From NCBI GenBank assembly GCA_039030515.1, contig JBCCEA010000010.1, positions 1-64,000 on the forward strand: 64,000 bases of DNA, written 5' to 3'. Numbering within the stretch: position 1 is the stretch's first letter; each line of letters opens with the position of its first letter. The DNA comes from Myxococcota bacterium (GTDB lineage: Bacteria > Myxococcota_A > Polyangia > Polyangiales > Houyiibacteriaceae). Below the pieces are notes generated by a model. The model was given only the letters and a program-made list of their open reading frames with translations. It ran no database searches and had not been told where the DNA came from. The translations under genes were made by a program, and so were the position numbers. Shown one piece after another: positions 17,105 through 28,198 of this stretch.

Positions 17105-17578
17105 ATGGCCGTCCTCATCCGGACCGAGCGTCTTGAGAGACGTTCCATTCGAATCGATGTGATCCGGAAGCGGGCGCTGCGGATGTTGCAGATTTTGCCG
17201 GTTCCGCCGCACGCTGAACTCTCCGTTCTCCTATGCGAAGACGCGCAAATTCGGATTCTAAATCGGGAATTTAGAGGCATCGACGCGCCTACCGACGTGC
17301 TGGCCTTCCCCATGCATGACCTGACCTCGCCCATTCAGGAGCAAGGGTCGTGTTCGGTACTTCCGTCTCCCATTTTGGGGGACGTTGCGATCTCGATCGG
17401 CACCTCTCGCAGGCAGGCCCAACAGCAAGGCAGATCGCTGAGTTCGGAGGTGACCATGCTACTCGCCCACGGCCTCCTGCATCTGATCGGGTACGACCAC
17501 CGAACAGCTGAAGAAGAATCGGTGATGACGAAGGAAACCGAACGTCTGTGCGCGGCAGCATGCTTGAGTCGTCCGTAG
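17105..17578 (+). CDS. ybeY: rRNA maturation endoribonuclease YbeY
   Basis: LNREFRGIDAPTDVLAFP, LGDVAIS, HGLLHLIGYDH. Confidence 0.97.
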   Translation: MAVLIRTERLERRSIRIDVIRKRALRMLQILPVPPHAELSVLLCEDAQIRILNREFRGIDAPTDVLAFPMHDLTSPIQEQGSCSVLPSPILGDVAISIGTSRRQAQQQGRSLSSEVTMLLAHGLLHLIGYDHRTAEEESVMTKETERLCAAACLSRP

Positions 17579-17722
17579 GTTGGATTTGCTTTAGATAAAC
17601 AGCCTTTTCTGCTTGTCACGACAAACCGTAGCGTGCATAGATTGCGCCGACTATGGTGGTGGACGGCTCGGGGAATGGCCCCTTCCGTCAGTACAAAACT
17701 CTACCGCGGAGGTATTCCCCCC

Positions 17723-18031
17723 ATGACAGCCAAGAAGATGACGAAGGCGCAGATCATGAGTGAGCTCGCCGAAAAAACAGGCTTGACGAAGAAGCAAGTT
17801 GGTTCGGTGTTCGAAGAGTTACGAACCGTCATCAAACGAGAATTGGGCCGTAGAGGTCCTGGTGAGTTCGTCATGCCTGATCTGGTAAAGCTCAAGGTGC
17901 GTAAGACCAAAGCCCAGAAGAACAAGCAGTTTCGGAATCCTGCGACTGGCGAAGTTCTCGTGCGCGACGTGCCCGCTTCCAAGAAGTTGCGTTCCACTCC
18001 GCTGAAGAAGCTCAAAGATCTGGTCCTTTAG
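17723..18031 (+). CDS. HU-family DNA-binding protein
   Basis: GGAGG RBS upstream; MTKAQIMSELAEKTGLTKKQV...FRNPATGE...PLKKLKDLV. Confidence 0.92.
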   Translation: MTAKKMTKAQIMSELAEKTGLTKKQVGSVFEELRTVIKRELGRRGPGEFVMPDLVKLKVRKTKAQKNKQFRNPATGEVLVRDVPASKKLRSTPLKKLKDLVL

Positions 18032-18110
18032 CGTTTTTCGCCTGCATCCTACCCTGCGCCAGCTCCTGTAGCTGTGCGAGAACCTCGGACCCTGGGGTGG
18101 GATGCACCGT

Positions 18111-19379
18111 TCACAGAGAAGTATCGACCAAAAGGTTTTGAAGCAGACTGGTGATCAATGCCGACTGCGATACGCCTATCGATGTTTCTACACGAATGGT
18201 GCGGCGATCCTGAATCACAGTTAGATCCTCGACGATCTTCGAGAAGCCCATAAGCCGCAACATCGGTTGCGTAGCGATTCTGGGTAGCAGATTCTGAATG
18301 TGCGCGGAGGCTTCCGCTGCTCCTCGCTCTTGCGAAAAATGAAACTCCGCCTTTGCAGCAAATCCACGTTCCTGCTCCAGCATGATCGACATCTTACCAC
18401 GCTCGGGCAATGCCGCTCCCGATAGCCCACCCGAGGGCAGAGCTTTTAGAAAACGACTCAAGCCGTAGACTTCGATGGAACAAGCCTCCTCTGCGTCCAT
18501 CGAAAGCAGTTGCTTACCCCAATCGCGCGCCCGGACTGCATGGGACTGGGCCAAAGCGATGACCCGGGGGAGATCTTGTGGCCTGCTGATGCTGAAGTAG
18601 CCCGGCGCCAACACGGAAAGCACCCGTGGGGTGGGATCCTTGCTGACCCAAGGAGCGGTGTCTACGCCGAAGCGGCGCTTCCATTTGACCTCCGCTCCTC
18701 GGTTCGCGGCGATTCGAGCGACGGCGTTCCGAACGTAGGATGCATCGCCTCGATAGCTACCTAAGACCATCCATCGAGCACGTTGAAGGTTTGGGGAAGC
18801 GAGCATCAGCCTGCTGAGTTCGCTGACTGGATCGATGCCCGACCCCGACAGCAGAGCGTCCCAATCAGGGCTGCGCTCGAGAAGCCGGCGCACATGAGCC
18901 TGAATGGGGGACCTGCGGATCACTTCCATATCAAGCCGCAAGGCGATTTGCGCGCCTTTGGGGTTCCGCTGTTTCTCGTCGTCCTTCGCTGGACGTATCG
19001 CAGAGGCATCTTTTGGGGCGGGCGCATCCGGATCGTTTGCGCCCGTTTCGAAGCTGCTGGTGGTGCCCAGTGGAGGTCCGGTTTTGGAAGGGTTGTCCGG
19101 TTGGGAGCGGGCGCTCGCTCCCAATGCTTGCACGCCGGATGCGGCTGCGCGTTCGGCCGAAGCAGGGTTGGTTGGTGCAGGGCTCCACGGCTGAGCCTCC
19201 TCGGTGCGCCCGAGTTCTATCTCGATCGGCAACTCGAACTCTAGACCGAGGTGCATTTCCAGCGGAGCGTTCCACGTCAGCCAAGCGACCCAGATGGCAT
19301 GAACTCCGAGCGAAATCGAAATCCATATCGCGGCTTGGGATCCAGGGAACGGACCGTTGCCTTTTGCGTTTCGGTTCAT
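18111..19379 (-). CDS. Hypothetical single-pass membrane protein
   Basis: 422-aa ORF; N-terminal TM (SLGVH, S-x3-H like TonB/TolA anchors), Pro/Ala linker and globular C-terminal domain; no family recognised. Confidence 0.7.
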   Translation of the reverse strand: MNRNAKGNGPFPGSQAAIWISISLGVHAIWVAWLTWNAPLEMHLGLEFELPIEIELGRTEEAQPWSPAPTNPASAERAAASGVQALGASARSQPDNPSKTGPPLGTTSSFETGANDPDAPAPKDASAIRPAKDDEKQRNPKGAQIALRLDMEVIRRSPIQAHVRRLLERSPDWDALLSGSGIDPVSELSRLMLASPNLQRARWMVLGSYRGDASYVRNAVARIAANRGAEVKWKRRFGVDTAPWVSKDPTPRVLSVLAPGYFSISRPQDLPRVIALAQSHAVRARDWGKQLLSMDAEEACSIEVYGLSRFLKALPSGGLSGAALPERGKMSIMLEQERGFAAKAEFHFSQERGAAEASAHIQNLLPRIATQPMLRLMGFSKIVEDLTVIQDRRTIRVETSIGVSQSALITSLLQNLLVDTSL

Positions 19380-19437
19380 GATGCGGACGGTTTGTGTGAG
19401 GCGATCGCGTTAGGCGATTCGGCGCGTAGCGTGTGAC

Positions 19438-21369
19438 TTGACGAACGCCCAGTCACGTGAAATCCCGAGCCGCGTGTGTTCTGCAAAGGTTCCAAGCAGC
19501 GTTGTGCTCCTCGCCGTGGTGTCGACGTTTTCGTGCTCGGAGGGGACGCACCCTGAGGGATTGGTAGATGCTCCAGAAGCGAGGGTGCCCGCCGAAATCG
19601 AGCTGAGCCCGAGTGAGGAATCGAGGGAGTCCACGAAGCGCATCTCCAACGGATCTCCTCAAGCGCCGTCCAAGAAGAACGCTGACTCAAGGAAGTCAGA
19701 GAAGCCAAAAAAGCGGATTTTCGCTAAGCGTTTCGTCGTGAACGTGTACGAGGAGCCCAAGCCTCGCGCATCGAAACTGGGCTATATGCGGGCTGGTTCG
19801 GTGCTTGAGGCAACGACGGGGAGGGCGCTCAGCACCGAGGGCTGTCCGGCGGGGTGGTACCAGCTCGAAACGGGGGGCTTTGTGTGTAGTCGGCGGGATG
19901 TGATCGCTTTTTCGACCAAGCGGTTGCCTGAACGTCGCTCCAGACGGGCCTCTCGAGAGGAGCCGCTCCCCTACGAATATGGGCGTGTGCTGCGCGGGCG
20001 AACTCCGATGTTTCGGCGACTTCCGACAGACGAGCAGGCGGCTGAGTATGAGGAAGATCCTCGCACCGCGGAGCTACAGCTTGCTCCAGTCGGAGCTGCG
20101 GATGAAGCTGCGGCGGACGAGGTCGCCACCGAACCTTCCGTGCCAGCGAACTCGGATCCGTCGTCGACTTTGCTAGAGAGGGAGGGCGCTTCTTCCGTCG
20201 AAGATCGCGCAGTTCAGATCTCGGGGATCGATCCCGCTCCCTCGGATGCGCCCGTCGCGGATCCAAAGCCGCAAGCGAGCAAACCACCGTTGAACTTAGA
20301 CGAGATATCGTCTGACATAGTGTCGCTTGAATCAGAGCAGCCTGAATCAGAGCAGCCTGAATCAGAGCTGCCTGAATCGGCGTCGCTTGGGCCAGAGGAG
20401 GAACCCCTGACGCTTGCTTCTCTCGCAGGCGATGGAGATCGTTCTAGCGTGCTTCACCGTTGGTTGGTTCCCGGCTTCTACGTCAGTCTTGATACCACGA
20501 TGGCAACGGGGGACCGACGCTACTGGCGTACCCAAGCGAACGGTTTCGTACCGGTGCATGCCCTCAGGCCAGTCCGCATCAAGCGATTTCACGGCGTATT
20601 TCTCGGAGCTACCTCGCCCGCCGCCGTTGGCGATCTCAGTGCCGGCTCCGAACACATCGAATGCGTTGCATGCGCACTACCGATAGGTTTCGTGCTCTCC
20701 CGTCGTACGCAGTGGTTTCGCGTGAGGCAGGACGGACGGGTGGTGCGTCGCCCTGGCAAGCCGGGGTATCACCACCGATTTTTCGTCACGGACGAACTCG
20801 TGTATCGAGGCGTGAATTACCTCGTCGATCAGGAAGGCGTACTGTATCGATCTCGGGACATCACCCGAGTGGAACAAGCCGCTCCGCTTGAAGATGTGAC
20901 CCCGGGAGAGCGATGGATCGATATCGACCTCGGCCAGCAGACGCTGGTCGCCTACGAAGGTGAACGCCCGGTTTTTGCTACGCTGATCTCCAGTGGTCGC
21001 GCGTATCGCCCGGGCGATGAAGAGAACTACGAGACGCCGACGGGGGTCTTTCGAGTGACCAGCAAGCATCTGACCCACACCATGGATGGCGATAGCGTGG
21101 GAGATGGTCCTTACTCGATAGAAGACGTTCCTTACGTCATGTACTTCAAGCTCGCCTACGCGCTTCACTCGGCGTTCTGGCATAATCTATTCGGCCGTCC
21201 TCGCAGCCACGGTTGCGTGAACATGTCACCTCTCGATGCGCGATGGCTCTTCGAATGGGCGAGCCCTCACCTGCCGCTTGGATGGCACGGAGCCTACCCG
21301 CTAGAAGAGCCCGGCGGTACCCGTATCCGGATTCATGGAGAAACGCCAAGTCCGAAATGGGCTCGATAG
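19438..21369 (+). CDS. L,D-transpeptidase (YkuD domain), myxobacterial long form
   Basis: WIDIDLGQQTLVAYEG, TPTGVF and HSAFWH..FGRPRSHGCVNMSP catalytic motif; acidic linker; start uncertain. Confidence 0.92.
   Translation: MTNAQSREIPSRVCSAKVPSSVVLLAVVSTFSCSEGTHPEGLVDAPEARVPAEIELSPSEESRESTKRISNGSPQAPSKKNADSRKSEKPKKRIFAKRFVVNVYEEPKPRASKLGYMRAGSVLEATTGRALSTEGCPAGWYQLETGGFVCSRRDVIAFSTKRLPERRSRRASREEPLPYEYGRVLRGRTPMFRRLPTDEQAAEYEEDPRTAELQLAPVGAADEAAADEVATEPSVPANSDPSSTLLEREGASSVEDRAVQISGIDPAPSDAPVADPKPQASKPPLNLDEISSDIVSLESEQPESEQPESELPESASLGPEEEPLTLASLAGDGDRSSVLHRWLVPGFYVSLDTTMATGDRRYWRTQANGFVPVHALRPVRIKRFHGVFLGATSPAAVGDLSAGSEHIECVACALPIGFVLSRRTQWFRVRQDGRVVRRPGKPGYHHRFFVTDELVYRGVNYLVDQEGVLYRSRDITRVEQAAPLEDVTPGERWIDIDLGQQTLVAYEGERPVFATLISSGRAYRPGDEENYETPTGVFRVTSKHLTHTMDGDSVGDGPYSIEDVPYVMYFKLAYALHSAFWHNLFGRPRSHGCVNMSPLDARWLFEWASPHLPLGWHGAYPLEEPGGTRIRIHGETPSPKWAR
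20329..20378 (+). repeat. 15-bp in-frame tandem repeat x3 (ESEQP)
   Basis: gaatcagagcagcct x2, gaatcagagctgcct, then gaatc. Confidence 0.95.
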
Positions 21370-21493
21370 TCCTGGTTGATTTCCAATACTTCCCGGGGAC
21401 CAGGCGGCTACGGAATTAATGCTGGCACATCGGTTTCACGGGCTGCCGCAAGTTGCTCTCGACCAGGGTTCGTGTTACGTCACGCCAGCATTT

Positions 21494-21548
21494 GCCGGGT
21501 CGCCCCAACGAACGGAAATTCTTTCCAGTTGCGGTGTGCGGGCCCGGC
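21494..21548 (+). promoter_or_regulatory. Structured leader hairpin upstream of rimP-nusA
   Basis: gccgggtcgc...gcgggcccggc outer stem, caac/gttg middle stem, ggaaa-ttc-tttcc inner hairpin. Confidence 0.45.
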
Positions 21549-21591
21549 GACGGTCGTGACCGGATGCACATAGCCGACAACCCGGCCTACG

Positions 21592-22101
21592 ATGACGAAT
21601 ACTCCGAAATCCACCAATCACGCTATTGAACGCCTTGCGGCCCCGATCTGCGCCGCGCACGGTGTCGAGCTGGTCGAGGTCCGAACGCTTCATCGTCCCG
21701 GTGGAGCGGTGTTCCAGGTAACTATCGACCGGGAACAGCCGCAAGATTCTCTGGTTTTGGGCAGCGGGGTGTCGCTTGACGACTGCACCGCGGTGAGTCG
21801 GGACTTGTCAGACTGCCTCGATGCGCACGAAGAGCACCTTCCCGCAAACTACCGCCTCGAGGTCAGTTCGCCTGGAGTGGAGCGTCCCCTGGTGCGTCTC
21901 AAAGACTACGAGCGATTTTGTGGTAAGGAGATTCGCGTCCGGACACTTGCCCCTGTAGGGGGTCGCCGTAACTTCGAAGGGATATTGGCCGGAGTGAGCG
22001 GCACTGACGGAGATGCGGTCGTCGACGTAGAAGACGGAGCGGAGCAAGTACAGATTCCGCTCTCCGTCATCGCGAAGGCACATCTGCTGTATCGATTTTA
22101 G
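21592..22101 (+). CDS. rimP: Ribosome maturation factor RimP
   Basis: [26 protein letters not shown]; first gene of the nusA-infB operon. Confidence 0.96.
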   Translation: MTNTPKSTNHAIERLAAPICAAHGVELVEVRTLHRPGGAVFQVTIDREQPQDSLVLGSGVSLDDCTAVSRDLSDCLDAHEEHLPANYRLEVSSPGVERPLVRLKDYERFCGKEIRVRTLAPVGGRRNFEGILAGVSGTDGDAVVDVEDGAEQVQIPLSVIAKAHLLYRF

Positions 22102-22187
22102 GTGGGTTCGATTTTTGTTTTGTATCGGTTTTGGTCCCAGTAAGGACTCTGATCAGGGATGGCACGATGCCGTCGAAGCGAGATGAC

Positions 22188-24089
22188 ATGCAGCAAGGCA
22201 CGCTTTCACTCCAACTTGTCATAGAGCAGGTAAGCCAGGAGAAGGGAATCGATCCCAAGGTCTTGGTGGAGGCCACAGAACAGGCGATTTTGACAGCGGC
22301 AAAGCGCACTTTTGGCCCGAATCGCGAATTGGAGGCTCGATTTAATGTCGAGTCCGGATGGGTAGATCTCTATCAGTACATGGTCGTCGTGGGAGACGTG
22401 GATAACGAAGAGCGCGAGATCTCTATCGAAGACGCAAAGAGGCACGGGCTCGATGCCGAAACGGGGGAAGAGCTCGGTTTCCAAATATTCTACCGCCCCG
22501 AAGACGCCGATAAGGCGCGTCAACAAGACCGTGAGTTTGGCTCGCTACTACGACTAAAGAACCACTATCGAGGGTTCGGACGGATCGCAGCACAAACCGC
22601 AAAGCAAGTCATTATTCAGCGCGTTCGCGACGCAGAGCGTGAGCGGATTTACAACGACTACAAGGACCGCCGGGGAGAGCTCATCAGTGGAGTAGTGCGT
22701 AGGTTTGAGCGGGGCTCCAACCTGATCGTCGATATCGGACGCGGCATCGAAGCCTGCCTGCCACCAAGAGAGCAAACCCCCCGAGAGAGTTATCGTCCTG
22801 GAGACCGCATTATCGCGTTCTTGAAGGAAATCGATCGTGAAGCCCGTGGACCGCAGCTCGTCCTATCCCGCACGGACGTCGGGCTCTTGGTCAAGCTCTT
22901 TGAGCAAGAGGTTCCTGAGATCTACGAGGGCATCGTTCGAATCGTAGCTGCGGCTCGTGAACCTGGCGCGCGCTCTAAGATCGCTGTGAGCAGTAGAGAC
23001 TCCGATGTCGATCCCGTGGGAGCCTGTGTCGGCATGAAGGGCTCGCGGGTTCAGGCGGTAGTACAGGAATTGCGTGGCGAGAAGATCGACATCGTTCCGT
23101 GGGATCGCGACCCTGCCCGATTCGTGTGTAACGCGATTGCGCCGGCGGAAGTCATGCGGGTCATCGTGGACGAAACAACTGCCGGGATGGAACTGGTGGT
23201 TCCAGACACAAAGCTCTCTCTTGCAATCGGTCGTCGAGGGCAGAACGTCCGACTCGCTTCCCAGCTCACTGGATGGAAGCTCGACATCATCAGCGAATCG
23301 AGATTCAAGCAGATAGAAGAAGAGGCGATTCAAGCGCTCGCGAGCGTACCGCTTGTCGACGAAACTATCGCCAAGCAGTTTTACAAGATCGGGTTTCGAA
23401 CCCTCGATGAGCTCCTCGAAGTAACCGAGCGCGATCTCGAGTCTATCGACGGACTCAGCACAAAAGATCTGCCTCAGCTGCTCGAGCAGGCGACCGGAGG
23501 GGCGGAGCAGCAGCGTGTGGAACGACTCAGGCGGGCCTCGGAAACCGGGGACTTCTTGAATGAGCGCGAGAAACTTCTGCTGGTGGCAAGTATCAACGAA
23601 CGCACTGTCGACCTGCTCGAACAGGTGGGGTACGGCTCTGTGGCCTCCATCGATCGAGAGCAGGATCTCGATCGATTTGCCATTAGGACGGGACTAGACA
23701 GTCATCGGGCCAAAGAGGTGAAGCAATCTGTGGAAACGTTCTTGCAGGAAGACTGGCCTTCGATACATGCGGCTATCAGGGCCAAGCAGTCCGAGAGTCG
23801 CTCCTCGGGGGCGATCGGACGAGAAGAGCGAAGCCGAACCCAAGCAGAAAGCGGCTTGTCCGAAAGTCTGCCTCCGGGTGAGGTGTCAACGGATCAGCCA
23901 CCTTCGGACTCCAAGGAAGACCCAAAGACCACTTCAGACGCTTTGGCTAAAGAAAAGAGCGAGGCATCGTTTGATGAGTCGTCTCTCTCGAGTCATGGTC
24001 CCGAGTCGGAAGGCCGCGTCGCGATGCATGCAGATGACCCAGCTGCAGAGGTTGAGGGACGTGCGAATACTGATCGGGAGCAGGGCTGA
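22188..24089 (+). CDS. nusA: Transcription termination/antitermination factor NusA with extended C-terminus
   Basis: [62 protein letters not shown]. Confidence 0.98.
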   Translation: MQQGTLSLQLVIEQVSQEKGIDPKVLVEATEQAILTAAKRTFGPNRELEARFNVESGWVDLYQYMVVVGDVDNEEREISIEDAKRHGLDAETGEELGFQIFYRPEDADKARQQDREFGSLLRLKNHYRGFGRIAAQTAKQVIIQRVRDAERERIYNDYKDRRGELISGVVRRFERGSNLIVDIGRGIEACLPPREQTPRESYRPGDRIIAFLKEIDREARGPQLVLSRTDVGLLVKLFEQEVPEIYEGIVRIVAAAREPGARSKIAVSSRDSDVDPVGACVGMKGSRVQAVVQELRGEKIDIVPWDRDPARFVCNAIAPAEVMRVIVDETTAGMELVVPDTKLSLAIGRRGQNVRLASQLTGWKLDIISESRFKQIEEEAIQALASVPLVDETIAKQFYKIGFRTLDELLEVTERDLESIDGLSTKDLPQLLEQATGGAEQQRVERLRRASETGDFLNEREKLLLVASINERTVDLLEQVGYGSVASIDREQDLDRFAIRTGLDSHRAKEVKQSVETFLQEDWPSIHAAIRAKQSESRSSGAIGREERSRTQAESGLSESLPPGEVSTDQPPSDSKEDPKTTSDALAKEKSEASFDESSLSSHGPESEGRVAMHADDPAAEVEGRANTDREQG

Positions 24090-24876
24090 GCCCGAGGTGC
24101 GGAACGTGGTGGAGCTACAAAGACGAAACGGCAAGAACCAGACTTGCGTGGGATGCTTTCAGTCGGCACCCGCAGGGAAACTCGGATCGCTGGTGCGCTT
24201 TGCCTTCGGAGGCAGTGAGCCCTTTTTTGCACCAGATCTGCGCGACAGTTTGGGAGGATATGGAGTGTACCTACACCCAAACCCAACCTGTATTGAGCTT
24301 GCGGTCGGCCAGGGCGCATTCGCGGTGAGGCCAGGATCACTCGGCCGTGACTCTAGAGCGCCGTTTAGCTCAGATGTCGGTCTTGATTCAGGTGCTCGGG
24401 ACTCAGACTTCTGCAGCTCTAGAGATAGAGCGCCTCATGACCGTCTGACAGGCCGCAGGTGTGGTGATCTCGGTTTAAGAAACGGTCTCAGCCCAGAAGT
24501 GGTTGAAGTACGGGCCTCGATCCTTTGCGACCTTCTGTTCAAGGCCGTCAAACGTCGGCTTGGAGGTTTGTTGAATTCGGCGAACGGTGGAGATCAGCTG
24601 GCTATTGGAACGAGTCGCGTGGATGATTCACTGGGGCGAAGGACAGCAGAAGCACTGATTTTCGCTGCAGATGCTGCAGGATGTAGGGCAAAGCTGATTC
24701 GACAAGCAGAGCGTATTTCTCTGCCAGTGATCAAGTTGCCCGGCTATTCAAAAGCAGAACTCGGTAGAGTTCTGGGGCGTAAGACTGTTGGGGTTGCCGC
24801 GATTTTGGATGACAAAATCGCAAAGGAAGTGTCGCGGACCGTCGATATGGTTGCCGCACTCTCGGAGGACGGATGA
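24061..24876 (+). CDS. YlxR (DUF448)-L7Ae/YlxQ fusion RNA-binding protein
   Basis: TCVGC...LVRF...[10 protein letters not shown] followed by the L7Ae-like LIFAADAA...[19 protein letters not shown]; canonical position between nusA and infB; start uncertain (GTG 24061, 24097 or 24106). Confidence 0.8.
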   Translation: MRILIGSRAEPEVRNVVELQRRNGKNQTCVGCFQSAPAGKLGSLVRFAFGGSEPFFAPDLRDSLGGYGVYLHPNPTCIELAVGQGAFAVRPGSLGRDSRAPFSSDVGLDSGARDSDFCSSRDRAPHDRLTGRRCGDLGLRNGLSPEVVEVRASILCDLLFKAVKRRLGGLLNSANGGDQLAIGTSRVDDSLGRRTAEALIFAADAAGCRAKLIRQAERISLPVIKLPGYSKAELGRVLGRKTVGVAAILDDKIAKEVSRTVDMVAALSEDG

Positions 24877-27773
24877 GCAAGGTACGAGTCTACGAGGTTG
24901 CGCGAGATCTGGGCCTACCCAATCGCGAGCTCGTGCAGAAGATCGCCGCGCTCGGCATCCAAGTGCGAAACCACATGAGCGTGCTCGAATCGACCGAGGT
25001 GGATCGCATTCGCCGCGCTTTGGATCAGGAGAGAGGTATCGACCTGGTCGAAGAGCGGATCCGACCCACGGTCGTGCGTCGCCGAAGCGTGGTCACTCGC
25101 GCGCCGGAAGTTCAGCTGGAAGCTACCGGGAAATTGCGGAACTCCCACTCCGGCAATGGTGGTTCGGGTTCCGATGTGTCCGCCGCAGCGCTGCAAGATG
25201 GCCGCGTAAGGATGGAAGACCCGGCGAACGGTGCAAATGCTGGCCATGCGCCGTCTGGTAGACGCTCCGACGGTGTGTTCCGCCGAGAGCCAGAGCGCGG
25301 TTCACGTTCGAGCGTAGAGCAGGCCTTGGGTAGCCCACGCGGCTCTGATCGAGTCGGGGTAGTTCGGGCACCGGTTTCTTCCGGCAGTTCTGGCATGCGA
25401 TCCGCCCCGCACTCGGCTCTGGATTCTGCAAACGCATCAAAGCGCGAAGCCTCCGGTAGCGTGGATTCTTCTTCGAGCCAGGAGTCTTCGACCGCCGAGC
25501 GACCAGGTGCCATCCCAGGGCAGCCGGCAACGCAGTTCAAAAACGACGCTCGGTTTGAGTCCTCGGAGGCTGGTGGCTCAAGCGGAACGGAGTCTGTCGG
25601 TGCCGAGGAGGCATACGCAGCGGCGCAGATGTCTCCTTCAAAGGCAAACGGTGTGGACGCTTCTCACGCTTTCGAGCCTGGAGCTGAGGGCGCGATTCCC
25701 AGCGACGCAAAGGCGGGCGGTGACCGATCACCGAGTGAGCCACCTCCGCTGGCGGAGCGCTTGGGACACGCAAACTTGCCTCCAGGTGTCGTGGCGCGAG
25801 GCAAGACCATCAACACCGGAGCAAAACCACTCTCCGATAGTGCGCGCAAGAAAATCGTCGCCGAACATGCGGCACGAAGTACAGGCGCCCGGCGTAGAGA
25901 GTTGAGACCTGCGCATCTTGGACGCCCAGGTCGAACCGGTGGACGTCCGGTCAAGAAGAAGATCAGTCATAAAAAGGGCAAGCAGACCGAGATTACAGTA
26001 CCGAGCGCACAGAAGCGCGTTATCCGAATCCAGGATCAAATACAGCTTCAGCAATTGGCAGCCCGCATGAGCCTTAAGGCGACTCAGGTGCTCATGAAGT
26101 TGATGCAGCTCGGTATGGGTGGTGTCCACATCAACAGTTCGCTCGATGTCGATACCGCAAAGATTCTGGCCAGCGAATTCGGCTATGAAGTGGAGAACTT
26201 GGCTCGGAGCGACGACGAAATCGTCGGAGATGCACGTGGCTTGTTCGAAGATGAAGAGAAAGATCGTGAAACTCGTTCGCCCATCGTGACCGTCATGGGG
26301 CATGTCGATCACGGCAAGACCTCACTGCTCGACAAGATTCGCAAGACCAAGATCGCATCTGGAGAAGCGGGCGGTATTACCCAACACATCGGTGCGTACG
26401 TCGTGACGACTTCGATGGGACCGGTCGTGTTCCTCGACACGCCTGGACACGCGGCATTTACCTCGATGCGTGCCCGAGGAGCGCAGGCAACGGACGTCGT
26501 CATACTTGTGGTGGCGGCAGACGATGGAGTCATGCCTCAGACTCGGGAGGCTGTAAACCACTGCAAAGCCGCTAACGTGCCGATGGTGGTAGCGGTGAAT
26601 AAGATCGACAAGCCAGACGCCAACCCCGACACGGTCAAGAACGAGCTAGCCGCGATCGGGCTCACTCCGGAAGAGTGGGGTGGCGATACGCAGTACATTC
26701 ACTGCAGCGCATTGAGCGGCGAAGGCCTCCCGGAACTTCTTCAAGCCATTTCACTTCAGGCTGAGCTTCTCGAGTTGATGGCAAACTCCAAGATTCCTGC
26801 CGAAGGTGTGGTCCTCGAAGCCTACTTGGATAAGGGACGTGGTCCCGTGGCGAATGTCCTGATTCGAAACGGAATGCTTAATGCCGGAGACCATGTGGTG
26901 GCTGGTGGTGCGTTCGGTCGCGTCCGTGCCATGACCGACGACCGCGGGAAGCAAGTGAAGGCTGCTGGACCGGCTACTCCGGTAGAGGTGCTCGGTTTGA
27001 ACGAGATGCCTTCTGCAGGAGACCTTATCTACAAGGTTACCGATGCCAAGAAAGCACAGGAAGTTGCCGAGGCTCGGAAGCAGGAGATGGGTCCGGGTAG
27101 CACTACCGCGGCGGTGAGTCTCGATCAGTTCCACGCCAAGATGCAGAACGGAGATGTTCAAGAGCTCAAACTGGTTGTGAAAGCGGACGTACAAGGTTCG
27201 ATCGAAGCGATCATCAAGGCGCTTCTCGAGCTTTCGACAGAGAAAGTCAAGGTTCACGTGATCCACACCGGCGTCGGTGGAATCACGGAGAACGACGTGA
27301 TGTTGGCCAGTGCCTCCAATGCGATCATTATCGGGTTCAACGTTCGCCCCACGGGCAAGGCTGGGGCGACGGCAAAGAAGGAAAGCGTTGAAGTTCGAAA
27401 GTACAGCGTGATCTATGAGGCGGTCGATGAGGTCAAATCCGCCATGGCGGGACTCCTTGCGCCCAACCTTGTGGAACGCGACACCGGCAAGGCTCAAGTT
27501 CGTCAGACCTTCGGCATTCCTAAGGTGGGCACAGTGGCCGGTTGCTACGTGATCGACGGCAAGATCATTCGGGGCGGTAAGGCTCGCGTCATACGTGACT
27601 CCATCCAGATCTGGCAGGGCGATATTGCAGCGCTTAGACGATTCAAAGACGACGTCAAGGATGTGGCATACGGCTATGAATGCGGGATTTCACTTGCCGG
27701 ATTCAACGATATCAAAGAGAGCGACGTGATCGAGTGCTACGAGGTTGAAGAGGTTGCTGCGACCCTGGATTAA
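24873..27773 (+). CDS. infB: Translation initiation factor IF-2
   Basis: [56 protein letters not shown]. Confidence 0.99.
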   Translation: MSKVRVYEVARDLGLPNRELVQKIAALGIQVRNHMSVLESTEVDRIRRALDQERGIDLVEERIRPTVVRRRSVVTRAPEVQLEATGKLRNSHSGNGGSGSDVSAAALQDGRVRMEDPANGANAGHAPSGRRSDGVFRREPERGSRSSVEQALGSPRGSDRVGVVRAPVSSGSSGMRSAPHSALDSANASKREASGSVDSSSSQESSTAERPGAIPGQPATQFKNDARFESSEAGGSSGTESVGAEEAYAAAQMSPSKANGVDASHAFEPGAEGAIPSDAKAGGDRSPSEPPPLAERLGHANLPPGVVARGKTINTGAKPLSDSARKKIVAEHAARSTGARRRELRPAHLGRPGRTGGRPVKKKISHKKGKQTEITVPSAQKRVIRIQDQIQLQQLAARMSLKATQVLMKLMQLGMGGVHINSSLDVDTAKILASEFGYEVENLARSDDEIVGDARGLFEDEEKDRETRSPIVTVMGHVDHGKTSLLDKIRKTKIASGEAGGITQHIGAYVVTTSMGPVVFLDTPGHAAFTSMRARGAQATDVVILVVAADDGVMPQTREAVNHCKAANVPMVVAVNKIDKPDANPDTVKNELAAIGLTPEEWGGDTQYIHCSALSGEGLPELLQAISLQAELLELMANSKIPAEGVVLEAYLDKGRGPVANVLIRNGMLNAGDHVVAGGAFGRVRAMTDDRGKQVKAAGPATPVEVLGLNEMPSAGDLIYKVTDAKKAQEVAEARKQEMGPGSTTAAVSLDQFHAKMQNGDVQELKLVVKADVQGSIEAIIKALLELSTEKVKVHVIHTGVGGITENDVMLASASNAIIIGFNVRPTGKAGATAKKESVEVRKYSVIYEAVDEVKSAMAGLLAPNLVERDTGKAQVRQTFGIPKVGTVAGCYVIDGKIIRGGKARVIRDSIQIWQGDIAALRRFKDDVKDVAYGYECGISLAGFNDIKESDVIECYEVEEVAATLD

Positions 27774-27820
27774 GCCAGCTATGGGGAAGTGCTAACCTCA
27801 GGCGGCAAGCGATGTCGGGC

Positions 27821-28198
27821 ATGGTTGTTGGAATCGGGCGTATCACCCTGCGGCTTGATGAAATCGCGTCGCTCAAGGAAAAACGCGGCATCGTACGTCG
27901 GCTGATAGATCGAGCTCAAAATCGTTTCAATGCGTCTATCGCCGAGGTCGGCGACTTGGATAGTAAACGTAGTGTCCAGATAGGTGTTTCGGTGGTCAGC
28001 AACGATCGTCGTCATGCGGACCGCATGTTGGCCTCAGTTATCGAGTTCATCGATGCGCAGGGTTTGGCTGTGGTTTACGATCAGAGCACCGAATTGGTGA
28101 CGTCTGGAGATGACGATCCGGTTCACGGTCGGAGCCTGGCCTCGCGACAACGGTCACGGGGCGATGCGTTTTGGAAGGACATCGATGGGGGCGAGTGA
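27821..28198 (+). CDS. DUF503 (YlxP) family protein
   Basis: MVVG...SLKEKRGIVRRL..RFNASIAEVG; canonical position between infB and rbfA. Confidence 0.9.
   Translation: MVVGIGRITLRLDEIASLKEKRGIVRRLIDRAQNRFNASIAEVGDLDSKRSVQIGVSVVSNDRRHADRMLASVIEFIDAQGLAVVYDQSTELVTSGDDDPVHGRSLASRQRSRGDAFWKDIDGGE

Noticed and set aside
23767..24060. Long N-terminal part of the YlxR ORF
   Set aside because: It overlaps the nusA tail in another frame and has no family similarity.
25100..25950. Long Ser/Gly/Ala-rich region of IF-2
   Set aside because: A variable low-complexity N-terminus is normal for IF-2.
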